A stretch of 63,998 bases of DNA, the filler included, from Theionarchaea archaeon (GTDB lineage: Archaea; Methanobacteriota_B; Thermococci; Methanofastidiosales; SZ-28-30): the NCBI GenBank assembly GCA_018992565.1. It is 7 parts of 7 records of this genome, joined end to end, with 100 filler letters (N's around TTAATTAATTAA, not from the genome) between each part and the next. Parts side by side here need not be neighbours in the genome. Positions count along the whole stretch, not along the records: positions 48,797 to 57,852 come from JACVGW010000095.1; positions 57,953 to 63,998 come from JACVGW010000122.1; 5 more parts are not named here. One strand, written 5' to 3'. The position numbers were made by a program, and so were the translations under genes. Of this stretch, positions 52,383 through 63,530 are shown in pieces (the first letter of the stretch is position 1; each line of letters begins with the position of its first letter). The notes under the pieces were generated by a model, which did no database searches, had not been told where the DNA came from, and saw only the letters and a list, made by a program, of their open reading frames with translations.

Positions 52383-52757
52383 TCACACCAGTTCTGCTAC
52401 TTCTTCTGCTGTCCTCTTCATGTCCAAGAATACCAGTCCTAGTTTCGCGTCTTTCCGAGCGAGAGCTGTTAACACCGCATTCTCACCTGAAGCCATCAAA
52501 ACAACATATCCATTCTCTCCCTTTACGTAAACCTCAGAAAGGCCACCACGGGCTAATTCCTTTGCTGTCCTCTCACCCAGGGACAGCATGGCAGCTGACA
52601 TGGCAGCCACTCTATCTTCTTCAACATCTTTGGGTAGAGCAGATGCAATCATTAACCCATCTACTGAGACCACGGCTGATGCCTCGATATCGGGGGTTGT
52701 AGCGTCCAGATCCTTCAGGAGATCTGTCAGCTCTTCAACTCTGGATTTCTTTGCCAT
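52383..52757 (-). CDS. Roadblock/LC7 (MglB-like) protein
   Basis: SAVVSVDGLMIAS, VAAMSAAMLSLG, VKGENGYV, KLGLVF. Confidence 0.93.
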   Translation of the reverse strand: MAKKSRVEELTDLLKDLDATTPDIEASAVVSVDGLMIASALPKDVEEDRVAAMSAAMLSLGERTAKELARGGLSEVYVKGENGYVVLMASGENAVLTALARKDAKLGLVFLDMKRTAEEVAELV

Positions 52758-52946
52758 TTTCTAACCTCCCTTTCCAGAGTGCTGCCGCGGGGATATGCGA
52801 TCTCTCCAGCCCTCACGAATGCTCTTTCAAACCCTTTTTTCTGCTGCCTTGGAATATATAGGTTGTGTAAGAGAGAATTGCGCAGATTGTCAGGTAAGCC
52901 GCAAAAGGTGTGGAAAGGCTTTAATAAATGATCTTCATGTTATGAT

Positions 52947-53744
52947 ATGACATCAAGAGTTGCTGTAGTTGATAGCAAAGAAGATGTAGACAAGGCCTTT
53001 AGAAAAGCAGTAGCCCTCATTGGAGGGCTTGATGATTTGAATACAGGGGAGAACCCTGTTACTGTTAAAGTGGGCATCTTCAATCATAAGGAAGGACACC
53101 ACCATACGAACCCGGAGGTTGTGAATGCTATCGCTGGGTGGTTTAACAGAGCCCCCGTAATCTATGTTGCTGAATCAGACAATTATAAGGGAAAGGCTCT
53201 CGATAGGCTGCAGAAATTCAAAGAAGTCTTCAGTGAAAGAGTGGTGCCCTTTGACCTGTCTCGAGATCCAGAGATGAGACCAGTCACTATAGCCCATGAA
53301 TCGCTGGAATTTTCTCATGTTCTGTTCGACCCACACATTCTCGTGAGTACCCATGTCCTTCGAAAGGCCCAAGTGGGAAGTGTTTTAAAGAATCTTTTGG
53401 GATTAGTCCCTGATCGAGAAAAAGCAAGATTCCATGAAAAGCTTACTGACGCACTTCTTGATGCATATGAAGCAGTTGGGGGGATAGACCTTGCTGTTCT
53501 GGATGGGACACACATGTTTGTGGAGACGGCAGAGGGTGAAAGCAGGGAGATAGAAACCAATGTGCTGGTAGTCGGTAGAGATGCTGTGGCAGTAGAAGCT
53601 GTGGGCGCCTCACTCTGTGGACTGAACCCTCTTGAAGTGCCTGTGATACAGGAGGCTATCAGAAGAGGGCTCGGTGAAGGTGACATCCAGAAGATAGAGA
53701 TAGTGGGAGATATTGAGTGGGCAAGAGAGAGCTGCACAGTCTAA
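52947..53744 (+). CDS. DUF362 domain protein
   Basis: TNPEVV, VAESD, LKNLLG, DAVAVE. Confidence 0.8.
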   Translation: MTSRVAVVDSKEDVDKAFRKAVALIGGLDDLNTGENPVTVKVGIFNHKEGHHHTNPEVVNAIAGWFNRAPVIYVAESDNYKGKALDRLQKFKEVFSERVVPFDLSRDPEMRPVTIAHESLEFSHVLFDPHILVSTHVLRKAQVGSVLKNLLGLVPDREKARFHEKLTDALLDAYEAVGGIDLAVLDGTHMFVETAEGESREIETNVLVVGRDAVAVEAVGASLCGLNPLEVPVIQEAIRRGLGEGDIQKIEIVGDIEWARESCTV

Positions 53745-53910
53745 TTGAAATTCATACACTATTATCCCTACCCACCGGTTTTCAAAAGTCAATCCCGTGT
53801 GGCTTTCAGACTCAGCAAACTGCACGGTTCACGTCGCCTCAGGAAGATTTTTCGGACTTGTTTCAAAAACACCTTGTGACACGAATGAGAAAGAGTGGGA
53901 GCTCCACTTT

Positions 53911-54936
53911 TCATCTTACATTCATTGGTTTTGAGTAGGTGGCAAACTGTCTTGCAGTGGAGAATCCCATCTTTTCATAGAGATGCAGTGCTCCTGTTGG
54001 ATTCTCTGAGTCTGCATTCAAGGCTACTTCAGTCATTCCAGAATCCTTCAAGACCTGGAGACTCCGAGCGATTAATGCGCTGGCCAACCCTTTTCGTCTA
54101 TAGGGACGCCGTACCCCAATAGGTCCCATATGTGCGCGTTTTCGGTTATATTCTTGGTTTTCCTCTTCATCAATGGAACTCAAGACCACACCGGCCACCT
54201 GATTGCTAGCAGTATCCCGGGCTGCGACCCACAGTCCTGGATTGAAATCAGGTTTCTCCATCCATTCTTCCAGTATCTCATCAGTCAGATCAGAGCCTCC
54301 CCAGTGATCCTGAAGTGCTTCGTCAGCAGCTCTCCAGATAGTCCAGTAGTCATCAGGTTCTGCAGGGCAGATTTTGATCCCTCCAGGCAGCGGCACATCC
54401 GGAATGGGCTCCTCTAGTGAGCGAATCATGAAAGAGTAGTACCTCACAGGGTTGTACTGCTCACGTCGCAAGAGGGATATCCAGTGAAGTTCAGTGTCAT
54501 CTGCCCAGCTTTGAAAGAAACGAAGGTTACCTTCTGGGTGTTCTGCAGCTATTTCTCTTGCTCGGCCCTCATTAAACAAGAGCATACTGTGTCGAATACC
54601 TTTCCCCCGCCATTCTGGTAGTAGAATAGCGAAGTGAATGTAATTTCGCGCACCTTCTGGTTCTTCCCTCCACCACACCTGGGTGTAGCCAATGACTTCA
54701 CCACTCATTTCCACAAAGAGCATGTCCTTATATGGATCACAATTGTAGAGATGCTTGAAAGAGCGGGCAACACCCTCAACAGTGGTTGTCAGCTCGAACT
54801 GGTCTGCCTCTTTGCATCCCTCCAAGACATTGACTATAGCAGGATAATCTCCTTTGCCCTGGAACATGCGGAAGGCTAGTCCTGGAATATCAGGTGCATT
54901 GGGTACATCAATATCCTCTGAGCTATTCTGTGGCAT
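53911..54936 (-). CDS. Tandem GNAT acetyltransferase
   Basis: Two motif A copies (PEWRGKGIR, RPYRRKGLA), NPTGALHLYEKMGF. Confidence 0.9.
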   Translation of the reverse strand: MPQNSSEDIDVPNAPDIPGLAFRMFQGKGDYPAIVNVLEGCKEADQFELTTTVEGVARSFKHLYNCDPYKDMLFVEMSGEVIGYTQVWWREEPEGARNYIHFAILLPEWRGKGIRHSMLLFNEGRAREIAAEHPEGNLRFFQSWADDTELHWISLLRREQYNPVRYYSFMIRSLEEPIPDVPLPGGIKICPAEPDDYWTIWRAADEALQDHWGGSDLTDEILEEWMEKPDFNPGLWVAARDTASNQVAGVVLSSIDEEENQEYNRKRAHMGPIGVRRPYRRKGLASALIARSLQVLKDSGMTEVALNADSENPTGALHLYEKMGFSTARQFATYSKPMNVR

Positions 54937-55353
54937 GTTCACCTCGATCTATTTTCTATTTCTTGCTCCGCAATAGGGGGCTGACCCTTCAACCTCTTTC
55001 GTTGTTTCGAGTTCCCTATCTACAACCTATGCCATCAATATATAATATATTTTTCCATTTGATTTTCGTGGGATTTCAGTAAAGGTGGAATAAAAAACAG
55101 AAAAAGGATCTGAAGGTGCTGAATCACTTGTCTTACCCAAAGCATACTGAGCTCTGCTGTGCAAGCATCACGTAGCTGGATACTGTATTCTTTGGGTGAC
55201 ATACCATATGTCTTCGCTCCTGTATTCTCACCAAAATTCCTCTGTATCTTTTGCCAGAAGAGAAAAAAGGTATATCTCGTTGGCAATGGCAAAGGACCTT
55301 TGCTAGAACCTCTCTGGCAATAACCTTAATAATTCAGTGCGACCACAGAGTTC

Positions 55354-55794
55354 ATGAGTAAGGTCTTGAAGTACTTCATCATAGGAGCGATTTTCTGGCT
55401 ACTTGTTGATTGGACTACTGCCTTCCAGCCAGACCTTCAGAGATGGTTGACCTACTGGCCTGAAATCTGGATGTTCTATTTAGGGTTTCCATTCATATTT
55501 GCATTCCTCATATACAAGAGAATGTGGAATAATCGCAGGATCTTTGTAGCGACCCTCGCTGAGATTTTCATTGTTGAGATAGTCTTCACTCACAATGTAC
55601 TTCTTTATACATTCCCTATCATGATACTTGCCCTACCTGTAGGAATCATACTGTACAGTCTTCTTGTTTTCGTTCCCAAATGGATTGTTGACGGGGAATT
55701 GAAAGAGAATAAGTGGAAATTGACGCTTATGGTGCTGGTATGGATTTTTGTATCCATTGCCACATATGTTGGCAATAGTGGCATGGGTGCCTGA
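55354..55794 (+). CDS. Hypothetical membrane protein
   Basis: 146 aa with about five hydrophobic segments. Confidence 0.75.
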   Translation: MSKVLKYFIIGAIFWLLVDWTTAFQPDLQRWLTYWPEIWMFYLGFPFIFAFLIYKRMWNNRRIFVATLAEIFIVEIVFTHNVLLYTFPIMILALPVGIILYSLLVFVPKWIVDGELKENKWKLTLMVLVWIFVSIATYVGNSGMGA

Positions 55795-55878
55795 ATCCTT
55801 GAGTTACCCCTTTGGTATGTATGCAACAAGAAGTCTCTCTGCAAACCTTCATATTGCACTTATCACTCCTTCACCTGT

Positions 55879-57126
55879 ATGCTCATCAAGAACGGCTGGG
55901 TTCTCACCAACCGGGTGGAAAAGAAGGATGTTGCCATAGAGGGTAACACTATTACTGAACTAGGAAAATCCCTTTCGGGCTCCGAATATATTGATGCTTC
56001 TAACCACCTGGTGATGCCTGGTCTGGTTAATACTCACACTCACCTGGCCATGACGCTTCTCAGAGGATATGCAGATGATGTACCACTACATGAGTGGCTG
56101 ACAGAATACATCTGGCCCAGGGAGATGAAATTGACTCCTGAAGACTGCTATTACGGTAATCTGCTGGGCATTGTGGAGATGATTAGATCCGGAACGACCT
56201 GTTTTCACGATATGTATTTCCATCCAGACCAGGCTGTGAAAGCAGTCAGAGACTCTGGAATGAGAGCTGTAATCTCCTGTTCCTTGGCTGAATTCGGGAA
56301 TCGAGCCCATGCTTTGGATGTGTTGAAAACAGGACTGCAATTCATGAAAACAATACAGAATGAGCCTCGGATTGATACGTCATTTGGCCCACACTCTCCT
56401 CTAACGTGTTCTCCCGAATACCTGCTCACAGTACAGGACCATGCCCGGAAACTAAATAAGATCGTTCACATTCATCTCCATGAGGCAGCAGATTGGATTG
56501 AAAAGTTCTCCAAATCCCATGGGCAAACACCTATTGAATGTCTGGAATCTTCAGGATTCTTAGGAGAGAATGTGTGTGCAGCCCACGTGGTTCACGCAAC
56601 TGACAAGGAACTTGACATCCTGAAAACACATGGGGTAAAAGTGTTACACTGCCCTTCTTCCAATTTGAAACTGGCCAACGGGATTGCTCCTGTGGCTAAA
56701 ATGATCAAGAAAGGGGTTTGTGTTGCTCTAGGAACAGATGGAGCTGCCTCAAATAATACACTGGATTTGTTTGCTGAAATGCGGCTGATGGCCCTATTAC
56801 AGAAACTACATGACCCTTCTGCAATGACTTCTGGTACTGCAGTGAAAATTGCCACTGAAAATGGTGGCAGTGCCCTGAAATGGAACGCGGGCAGAATAGA
56901 AAAAGGATTCCTGGCAGATATCATATTAGTAGATTTGAAGAAAGCATGCATGACTCCAGGGCATGACGTTCTTTCAAATGTGGTGTATGCTGCCAATTCT
57001 TCAGCAGTGGACACAGTCATCATAGACGGGAGGATAGTCATGGAAAATGGAGTACTGAAGACCCTTCATGAAGATGAGATTATTGAAAAAGCACAAGAGC
57101 ATGCATATGATCTTGTAAATCGGTAG
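55879..57126 (+). CDS. MTA/SAH deaminase-like amidohydrolase
   Basis: PGLVNTHTH, SGTT, GPHS, HIHLHE, HCPSSNLKL, LGTDGAASNN. Confidence 0.9.
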   Translation: MLIKNGWVLTNRVEKKDVAIEGNTITELGKSLSGSEYIDASNHLVMPGLVNTHTHLAMTLLRGYADDVPLHEWLTEYIWPREMKLTPEDCYYGNLLGIVEMIRSGTTCFHDMYFHPDQAVKAVRDSGMRAVISCSLAEFGNRAHALDVLKTGLQFMKTIQNEPRIDTSFGPHSPLTCSPEYLLTVQDHARKLNKIVHIHLHEAADWIEKFSKSHGQTPIECLESSGFLGENVCAAHVVHATDKELDILKTHGVKVLHCPSSNLKLANGIAPVAKMIKKGVCVALGTDGAASNNTLDLFAEMRLMALLQKLHDPSAMTSGTAVKIATENGGSALKWNAGRIEKGFLADIILVDLKKACMTPGHDVLSNVVYAANSSAVDTVIIDGRIVMENGVLKTLHEDEIIEKAQEHAYDLVNR

Positions 57127-57294
57127 TATTCGCAAGAATGGTATTCCATTGCAGGAGGTCTCCTCTTGACTGTTCTCTCCTGCATGGGAGTCACCAGCTT
57201 TTTTTCCTCCACTTTGTACCGGTTGTGACATACCAGAAATTTATAAGCATTCTGTGATCGATTCTCTGTAAGTCATGAGTATGGAGGTAGTAGT

Positions 57295-57852
57295 ATGATG
57301 GCAATAGTGAGACCACCCCGGACAAGTAGCGGAGTTCTCCGCGAGCTTGTAAAGACTATGAGAGGGCGCCACCCTCGGGTAGCTTCGCGACACTATGCAG
57401 AGATCTTGATGACGATCGGCAGTCTGACATTCGGAGGCTCGACAACGACAGTGTCTCAGGTGACCGCAGAATTGAGATCAATGGGATTGTGTTCTGTATT
57501 GAGCGATGGCCAGATACGAAGCAGAATAAAGGACCTGGAGGCAGAATCCTATATTACAATGGAATACAGAGGCCCGAGACTCCTTTTTGTACACCAAGCC
57601 AGAGGGATAATCAGATCATGGAAGTTGCTCCTGGAAGTATTCACAGACCTGGAAAGGTGTTTGGCCAAACATCCAAAGGCCCTTAATATGGCTAGAAATG
57701 AACTGGCACAGTTAAGCGCAGCAAGAACTCACGGAGATTTCATTAGATATATTCGAGTGTATAACAGGATAGTGATGACAATTGGTTCCATGGTTGGCTG
57801 TGAGGTGTACTTCATCGAGATAAGAGGCGTGGCGAAGAGAATCGAAATGACA
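57295..57852 (+). CDS. Hypothetical protein, possible winged helix (3' truncated)
   Basis: GGAGGT RBS; QIRSRIKDLEAESYI resembles a wHTH recognition helix and wing. Confidence 0.6.
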
Positions 57853-57952
57853 NNNNNNNNNNNNNNNNNNNNNNNNNNNNNNNNNNNNNNNNNNNNTTAA
57901 TTAATTAANNNNNNNNNNNNNNNNNNNNNNNNNNNNNNNNNNNNNNNNNNNN

Positions 57953-58224
57953 ACCATATCATGAAGAGTCACATGTGCTGTTAACTCTCTTTCACTTAGA
58001 CACTTTATGGTGTATTCAAGAGCAGTGGGTGACAGATCCAGTCCATAAACATCGTATCCTCTTTCAGCAAGACAAATAACATGTCTTCCCGCTCCACATC
58101 CTAAATCCAAGATCCGGTTCACCTTCTCTTTCTTGAATAGACCAGCAATTACATCAATCTCTGGATCAGGGGTTAAGGCCAGAAAGTCACCTTTCTTGTA
58201 GATTTCTTCCCAGACATTTTCCAT
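57953..58224 (-). CDS. Class I SAM-dependent methyltransferase (3' truncated)
   Basis: ILDLGCGAGRH, GLDLS. Confidence 0.88.
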
Positions 58225-58507
58225 GAACCCTCCTTATTCGGGTGCTTATAGGAGTTTCGCTTTTGTATTTAACGGTACGGCCTGTTCTGAACTCGATGGA
58301 TAAAGAGGATAGATCAAGAAGTGGACACATTGAAAGCGGCGAAGATGCTGTGAAAGGACCTTTTGAATAACCTATGTGAGGTAGGATGACAATCCACACA
58401 GTTCTGAATTATCCACCGTAAATCGAATGTTGTAAGATCGAAATCAAGAGATCTGTTATATCACAAAATGAAAAGGACAACCCAAAAGAAAAAAGAAGGA
58501 AAAAGTG

Positions 58508-60484
58508 TTACTGCTTTCTGAAACCCCTGTATTCAGAACATATGAAGGTCACACCAGGATTGATGTATGGCATGACCAGGGTTGCGCCAGGCAGTGTCTT
58601 TCTAACTCCTTGGTTGCTGGTCATCAGATGAGCAGTGGCACCCGTCTTGGAATCAATATAGTCCTGCACCACATTCTCCAGAAGAGAGAGAGGCATACCA
58701 CCATTGCAGAGTATCACATGATGGAACTCTTTTATGTCAAATTTGTCACCCAGTTCATCCATGGCCTTCTGACGCAATTCCAGAATCTTTATCATGCCCA
58801 CCTTGTACCCCGTGGCCTGGGCAGGCAGCACCACGTATCGATCCACTTCACCAGAAGATCCATCATCTCCCATGATGTTCTTCATGTAGGTTTTGGCTTC
58901 TTCTCGTGTCCACTTCTTATAGTGAATACCTGTGTCTGTCACCAATCTTACAGCACGCAGCAATTCAAGGTGCAGGTGTCCAATATTCCCGTAGGGATTA
59001 TCTTCATACAGTCCCAGTTCATATGCCAATTGCTCTGCATATAAGGCCCATCCTTCTGCATATCCATTGTTAATTATCTCACTGCGGAAGAGTGGCACAT
59101 CCATTTCCTGAGCAATGGAAATCTGAAAATAGTGGCCTGGGATGGCCTCATGGTAGGCAATAGTAGGCATCCGGTACTTGGGAACGAGTGAATTCCCTAT
59201 GCCTGTATGAAAAGCACCGGGACGGGAGCCATCCAGAGACGCCTGAACAAAGTATCCGCCTCCTCCACCGTACCCTGTCTCTCCCACCACAATGAGCTCG
59301 GCTGTGGGGCGCACATCGAATACTTCGTCAAGTCTCTGGCTGACTTCATCCAGAATGTCCTCATAGGTTTGAACAACTTCATCTTTGCCAGATTGGTTAT
59401 ACGTATTGATGAACCCGCCTTCTGTAATGGCCCTCTCAATAAGCGAGCTTATACGTGCATCCTGCGGATATCCCAGCTGGTTGAAGACCTCACGCATTTC
59501 CTGCTGGATGCGATCCACTTCTTCCAGGCCTATCTGATGAATTTTTTCAGCAGTCAGGTCTGTAGAGGTCTCATGGCGGAGCATGTACTGGTAGTACTCA
59601 TCTCCTTCAGGAAACTTCCATACACCTGCATCACTGGTGGCTACTGTCTCCAGGTACTCAATATATGCCAGAAGATCAACATAGGCAGGGAGGACAGACT
59701 CCTCAATTGCCTTCAGCGCTTCCTCAAGCAGTGCGTCCTTCTCTCTCTGCTGAAGACCAATCTCCTCAACTTTGTCGGCCAAGTGGGTGTAGAAGAGGAT
59801 ATTTTTCCCATAAATCGTTGAAGGATCCTTGGAACTTGAGCCAAGGAATTCCACCAGCATCTGCCTGGTCATTCCGACAATAAAGGTGGGAGGTATAATT
59901 CCCAATTCCTCACGCTTTTTCATTCCCGCCAGTAATTGGTCCACCTGTGTATCCAGGCTGGAGAGACGAGCAATGTAATCCTCACAATCCCCCATATCGG
60001 CAAGGGTATGATATTCCGTGAACAGTCTGACTAATTCATCGTGATAGCTGAGGAGGAACTGATGCATGGGATAATTGTAGTATATGAACTGGTGACCACG
60101 CACAAGGTCATCCAGATACCATTCATAGGCGTCATATGAGATCTGCTGGTCTCTGGTTAGAGAAGAACGATCGTATTCCCTCAGTAACCCCAAGATAGCA
60201 CTTTCCAGTTCCTGGGTTTCCCTGATGTACTCATCCGACAGATCATTCAACATGTCATTTCGTAACCCCAATTCCTCTGAAATCCCCATTGCAGTGACCC
60301 ATTCAGGATATCTCAGCAACAGTTGCTTGAAGGATTCATCAAAAAATTCATCAACCGGCAATCCCTTCAAATCAGCTACAACATCATTTACCACAGAAGA
60401 CTGCACAGGCGACTGAGAGTTCTGCCCTATACAGCCTCCGAATGACAGCACCATCATCAAGACCGCAATTTTCTGCATTTTCAT
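58508..60484 (-). CDS. DUF885 family lipoprotein (putative metallopeptidase)
   Basis: Lipobox-like SFGGC, HEAIPGH, EGWALYAE, RAVRLVTDTGIH, PAQATGY. Confidence 0.9.
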   Translation of the reverse strand: MKMQKIAVLMMVLSFGGCIGQNSQSPVQSSVVNDVVADLKGLPVDEFFDESFKQLLLRYPEWVTAMGISEELGLRNDMLNDLSDEYIRETQELESAILGLLREYDRSSLTRDQQISYDAYEWYLDDLVRGHQFIYYNYPMHQFLLSYHDELVRLFTEYHTLADMGDCEDYIARLSSLDTQVDQLLAGMKKREELGIIPPTFIVGMTRQMLVEFLGSSSKDPSTIYGKNILFYTHLADKVEEIGLQQREKDALLEEALKAIEESVLPAYVDLLAYIEYLETVATSDAGVWKFPEGDEYYQYMLRHETSTDLTAEKIHQIGLEEVDRIQQEMREVFNQLGYPQDARISSLIERAITEGGFINTYNQSGKDEVVQTYEDILDEVSQRLDEVFDVRPTAELIVVGETGYGGGGGYFVQASLDGSRPGAFHTGIGNSLVPKYRMPTIAYHEAIPGHYFQISIAQEMDVPLFRSEIINNGYAEGWALYAEQLAYELGLYEDNPYGNIGHLHLELLRAVRLVTDTGIHYKKWTREEAKTYMKNIMGDDGSSGEVDRYVVLPAQATGYKVGMIKILELRQKAMDELGDKFDIKEFHHVILCNGGMPLSLLENVVQDYIDSKTGATAHLMTSNQGVRKTLPGATLVMPYINPGVTFICSEYRGFRKQ

Positions 60485-60654
60485 GGCAACCATCTCGCTT
60501 TTACATACATGTAATACTTCTCTTCTTACTACAGTCTATAGTAGCTATTGCTGTGATGAATGTTAAATACTTTTGGGTTTGTTATGGGCGCAGAATGAAG
60601 TCCCAGCAGGTCATGAAAGGCAAACCATAAAAGTGGTAGCTCCTCTCTGAAGCA

Positions 60655-61485
60655 ATGACGAAAATATATACTCTCGTTGAGGATTATTCGGGATATGAGA
60701 GTCCCTTTCTCGCTCAACATGGAGTGAGTTTTCTCATAGAAGGCGAAAAGACTATACTGGTAGATACAGGACAGGACGCCTTTCCCCTCCTGTACAATAT
60801 GAATAAGCTGGGACTTGATCCAGGGATGATAGACTATATTTTCCTTTCTCACTGTCATTATGATCACACGGGGGGATTGCTTGATGTTCTAAAGACTATC
60901 GACAGGAAGATACCCATCATAGCACATTCCACCATTTTTAGACCCCATTTTTCCGAGAAAGAGTCAGAGAATGTGGGAATCCCCTTCAGTCAGGAGATAG
61001 TCCAGGAGTATTGCCAGCTTGTCCTGAGAGACAGTCCCTTTGAGATCATGAGGGATGTGTACTCCACAGGGGAGATCACTCAGAGAGAAGGATTTGAGAA
61101 GGAAGCCCTGGAGAAAATGAAGGTATATACGCTGGAAAATGGAAATCCGGTGAAAGATTGGCTCATGGACGATATGAGTATTGTCATGAAAACTCCTGAA
61201 GGGCTGGTTATTGTCACTGGTTGCTCTCATGCAGGAATAGTGAGTATTGTCAATCATGCTATGTCCATGATGCATGAGAAGAGAATCAGAGCAGTAATTG
61301 GAGGATTCCACCTTATCACTGCAGGACAGGAACACATTGAAAAGACAATAGAAGCATTTAGAGCACAGAAGGTGCAGGAAGTGTATACAGGACACTGCAC
61401 AGGGTTGAAAGGAGAAGCAGGGTTCATGAAGGAATGGGGGGAACATTTCCACAAGCTCCACTCAGGGATGGTCATACTTCTGTGA
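60655..61485 (+). CDS. MBL-fold metallo-hydrolase (MJ0301-like)
   Basis: HGVS, DTG, SHCHYDHTGG, GCSHAG, GGFH, GHCTG. Confidence 0.88.
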   Translation: MTKIYTLVEDYSGYESPFLAQHGVSFLIEGEKTILVDTGQDAFPLLYNMNKLGLDPGMIDYIFLSHCHYDHTGGLLDVLKTIDRKIPIIAHSTIFRPHFSEKESENVGIPFSQEIVQEYCQLVLRDSPFEIMRDVYSTGEITQREGFEKEALEKMKVYTLENGNPVKDWLMDDMSIVMKTPEGLVIVTGCSHAGIVSIVNHAMSMMHEKRIRAVIGGFHLITAGQEHIEKTIEAFRAQKVQEVYTGHCTGLKGEAGFMKEWGEHFHKLHSGMVILL

Positions 61486-61505
61486 TTCGTCTCATGGATG
61501 TGGGA

Positions 61506-62504
61506 TCAGCTGTAGTATCGTTTGAAGATCCGACAGATGGCTAGTGAAACCCAGAGCTGCATTTCTCTGCTCCGTGGAGTGTCTTTGAACCCCTTTTTCT
61601 GGTATGATAGTCTCCATAACCCATTGTTCTCCTGGTTATCAATGAACCACTGGAGTGCTCTTCTCACATCCGGGTCCTTCTCAGGAATTCCTATGAGAGA
61701 AATGGAATCCATGGCAGATACAAGATTATTCCACCAGAAGGGAAATTCAAATCGAACCCAGTATTCTTCTGATTGATAGGAAGTGTAGGAATCCTTCTTG
61801 AAGAACCGAGATTTCAACAGGTTAGCTGCTGCCACAGCTTCTTCTGAGTGTCTGTAGCGAGGATGGGAAGCAAAAGCACGTAACACCATGCCAGTCCAGC
61901 TGTGGGAGAAAGGCTTCGATCTATCAGGTTCTACAGGTTCAGCATAGTGACTCGTTAGACGGATTTGGTCTTTCCAGGGTATGTCTCTGGTAAGGAGCGG
62001 GATAGTCCACCCCTTGTCATGCTGTCTCATGGATAGTAACCACTGAACCCCTTTTTCAATTCTGGGATCTTCTGCATACCCTGCCTTAATGAGCAGAGAC
62101 ATGATGGCACCCGTGTAGTAGGTTGCATACTGGTTCGCTATCATTCCTCTGATGTCCCCCTGTTCAGTCTGGCAGGAAAACAGGTATTCTGCAGCTTTCT
62201 CGATACAAGGGTGATCATTGGTGAACTGGTACATGTCTATGAGGAATCTGAACTGCCTCCAGGTCTCAACAAGAGAATAGTGATGGTCAGGGTATACATT
62301 CTTTTTTGTCCCAGGGTACTTCCATGATCCATCAGGCATTTGAGATTTCAGTATCTTCTGTGCTTCTGGTAATTCCCAGACAGTCTGTACAGGCGGCACC
62401 TGGCTGGACAGCAGGTCTCTTTCAGTAAAATACTTCAATGCAGGGCCAGATGACAGTAGGAGAGTAAGGGGGTCATGCTGAAGGTGAGATTTCCATGTTG
62501 ACAT
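61506..62504 (-). CDS. Hypothetical alpha/alpha-toroid protein with prenyltransferase-like repeats
   Basis: Repeated Q-x-x-x-G-x-W motifs (QMPDGSW, QENNGLW, QHDKGW). Confidence 0.7.
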   Translation of the reverse strand: MSTWKSHLQHDPLTLLLSSGPALKYFTERDLLSSQVPPVQTVWELPEAQKILKSQMPDGSWKYPGTKKNVYPDHHYSLVETWRQFRFLIDMYQFTNDHPCIEKAAEYLFSCQTEQGDIRGMIANQYATYYTGAIMSLLIKAGYAEDPRIEKGVQWLLSMRQHDKGWTIPLLTRDIPWKDQIRLTSHYAEPVEPDRSKPFSHSWTGMVLRAFASHPRYRHSEEAVAAANLLKSRFFKKDSYTSYQSEEYWVRFEFPFWWNNLVSAMDSISLIGIPEKDPDVRRALQWFIDNQENNGLWRLSYQKKGFKDTPRSREMQLWVSLAICRIFKRYYS

Positions 62505-62640
62505 GATATCAGCAATTCATATCAGGGGTCATCTTCATAANNNNNNNNNNNNNNNNNNNNNNNNNNNNNNNNNNNNNNNNNNNNNNNNNNNNNNNNNNNN
62601 NNNNNNNNNNNNNNNNNNNNNNNNNNNNNNNNNNNNNNNN

Positions 62641-63365
62641 GTCCCTGTCATATCCACAAAAGGTCCTTCTTCTCCCTGTTCTGATGTGAGTTCTCCCAGC
62701 AGGACAATTTCACTGCATGCAGGCACAGATAATCCGTTTTGCACTGTAACCATTTCAATAGGAGCATTGTAAAACCCGCCAGCGAGAGTAGTCTCATCCA
62801 TGGGTTCGGGAGTGGAAATTGCGGCAGCAAATAATAGGGCAGGATCAAGCCCCAGGCAGACTGCCACATCAATATGCCTGTCATTCCTGGTGTAACATTC
62901 CCACGTATGCCTGTGGCAGATTCTCGTTGTGCATGTGTCCTTTCCCTTGACGAGAATTCTGTGGTAGGAAAGGTTGCGCGTCTCACACTCTGTCACAAAA
63001 ACGCCAGCTGTTATATACGGTCCAGGGTCTGAATCATAGTATTTCAGCACGGGCAGCTTTCTGAGATCTGCTTCAACGTCTTCAAAAGGCCATTCATTAC
63101 TGATAACAGGGTCTATGGGGTTATCAAAAGCTTGCACAACTCTCTCCTGCAGTTCTTTCCATTCCATATCAAAGAGTGCACAGAAATTCTCCCGTGTACA
63201 GAGGTTTGAGGCAATTCTGTATCCTGTTCCTGTATTCTCGAAAAGAAAAGCTGTATCAGATTTCCTGATCATCTGGGGGATCTCCTCCAGAGAAACTGCC
63301 TCTGTAACCCGTTCAAGCCTACCTCTTGAGGCCAGGGTTTCCAGTGCCTGGTTGAACGTATACAT
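62641..63365 (-). CDS. UbiD family decarboxylase (3' part lost in a gap)
   Basis: DLRKLP, GPYITAG, RNLSYHR, EIVLLG, EGPFVD. Confidence 0.88.
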
Positions 63366-63530
63366 GTATTCACCTCTCGTATATGGAAAACGTGGAGGTT
63401 GTATTTAGCTCTACTGCTCCAGGACTTCATTTCCAGCTCAGTGGCAAAGACGAAAAGACATGGTTTCACGTAAGAGAGAGGAAGTCACTGCCACGTGAGC
63501 AGCAGATTATCAAACCTGAGACCTTTTCAC

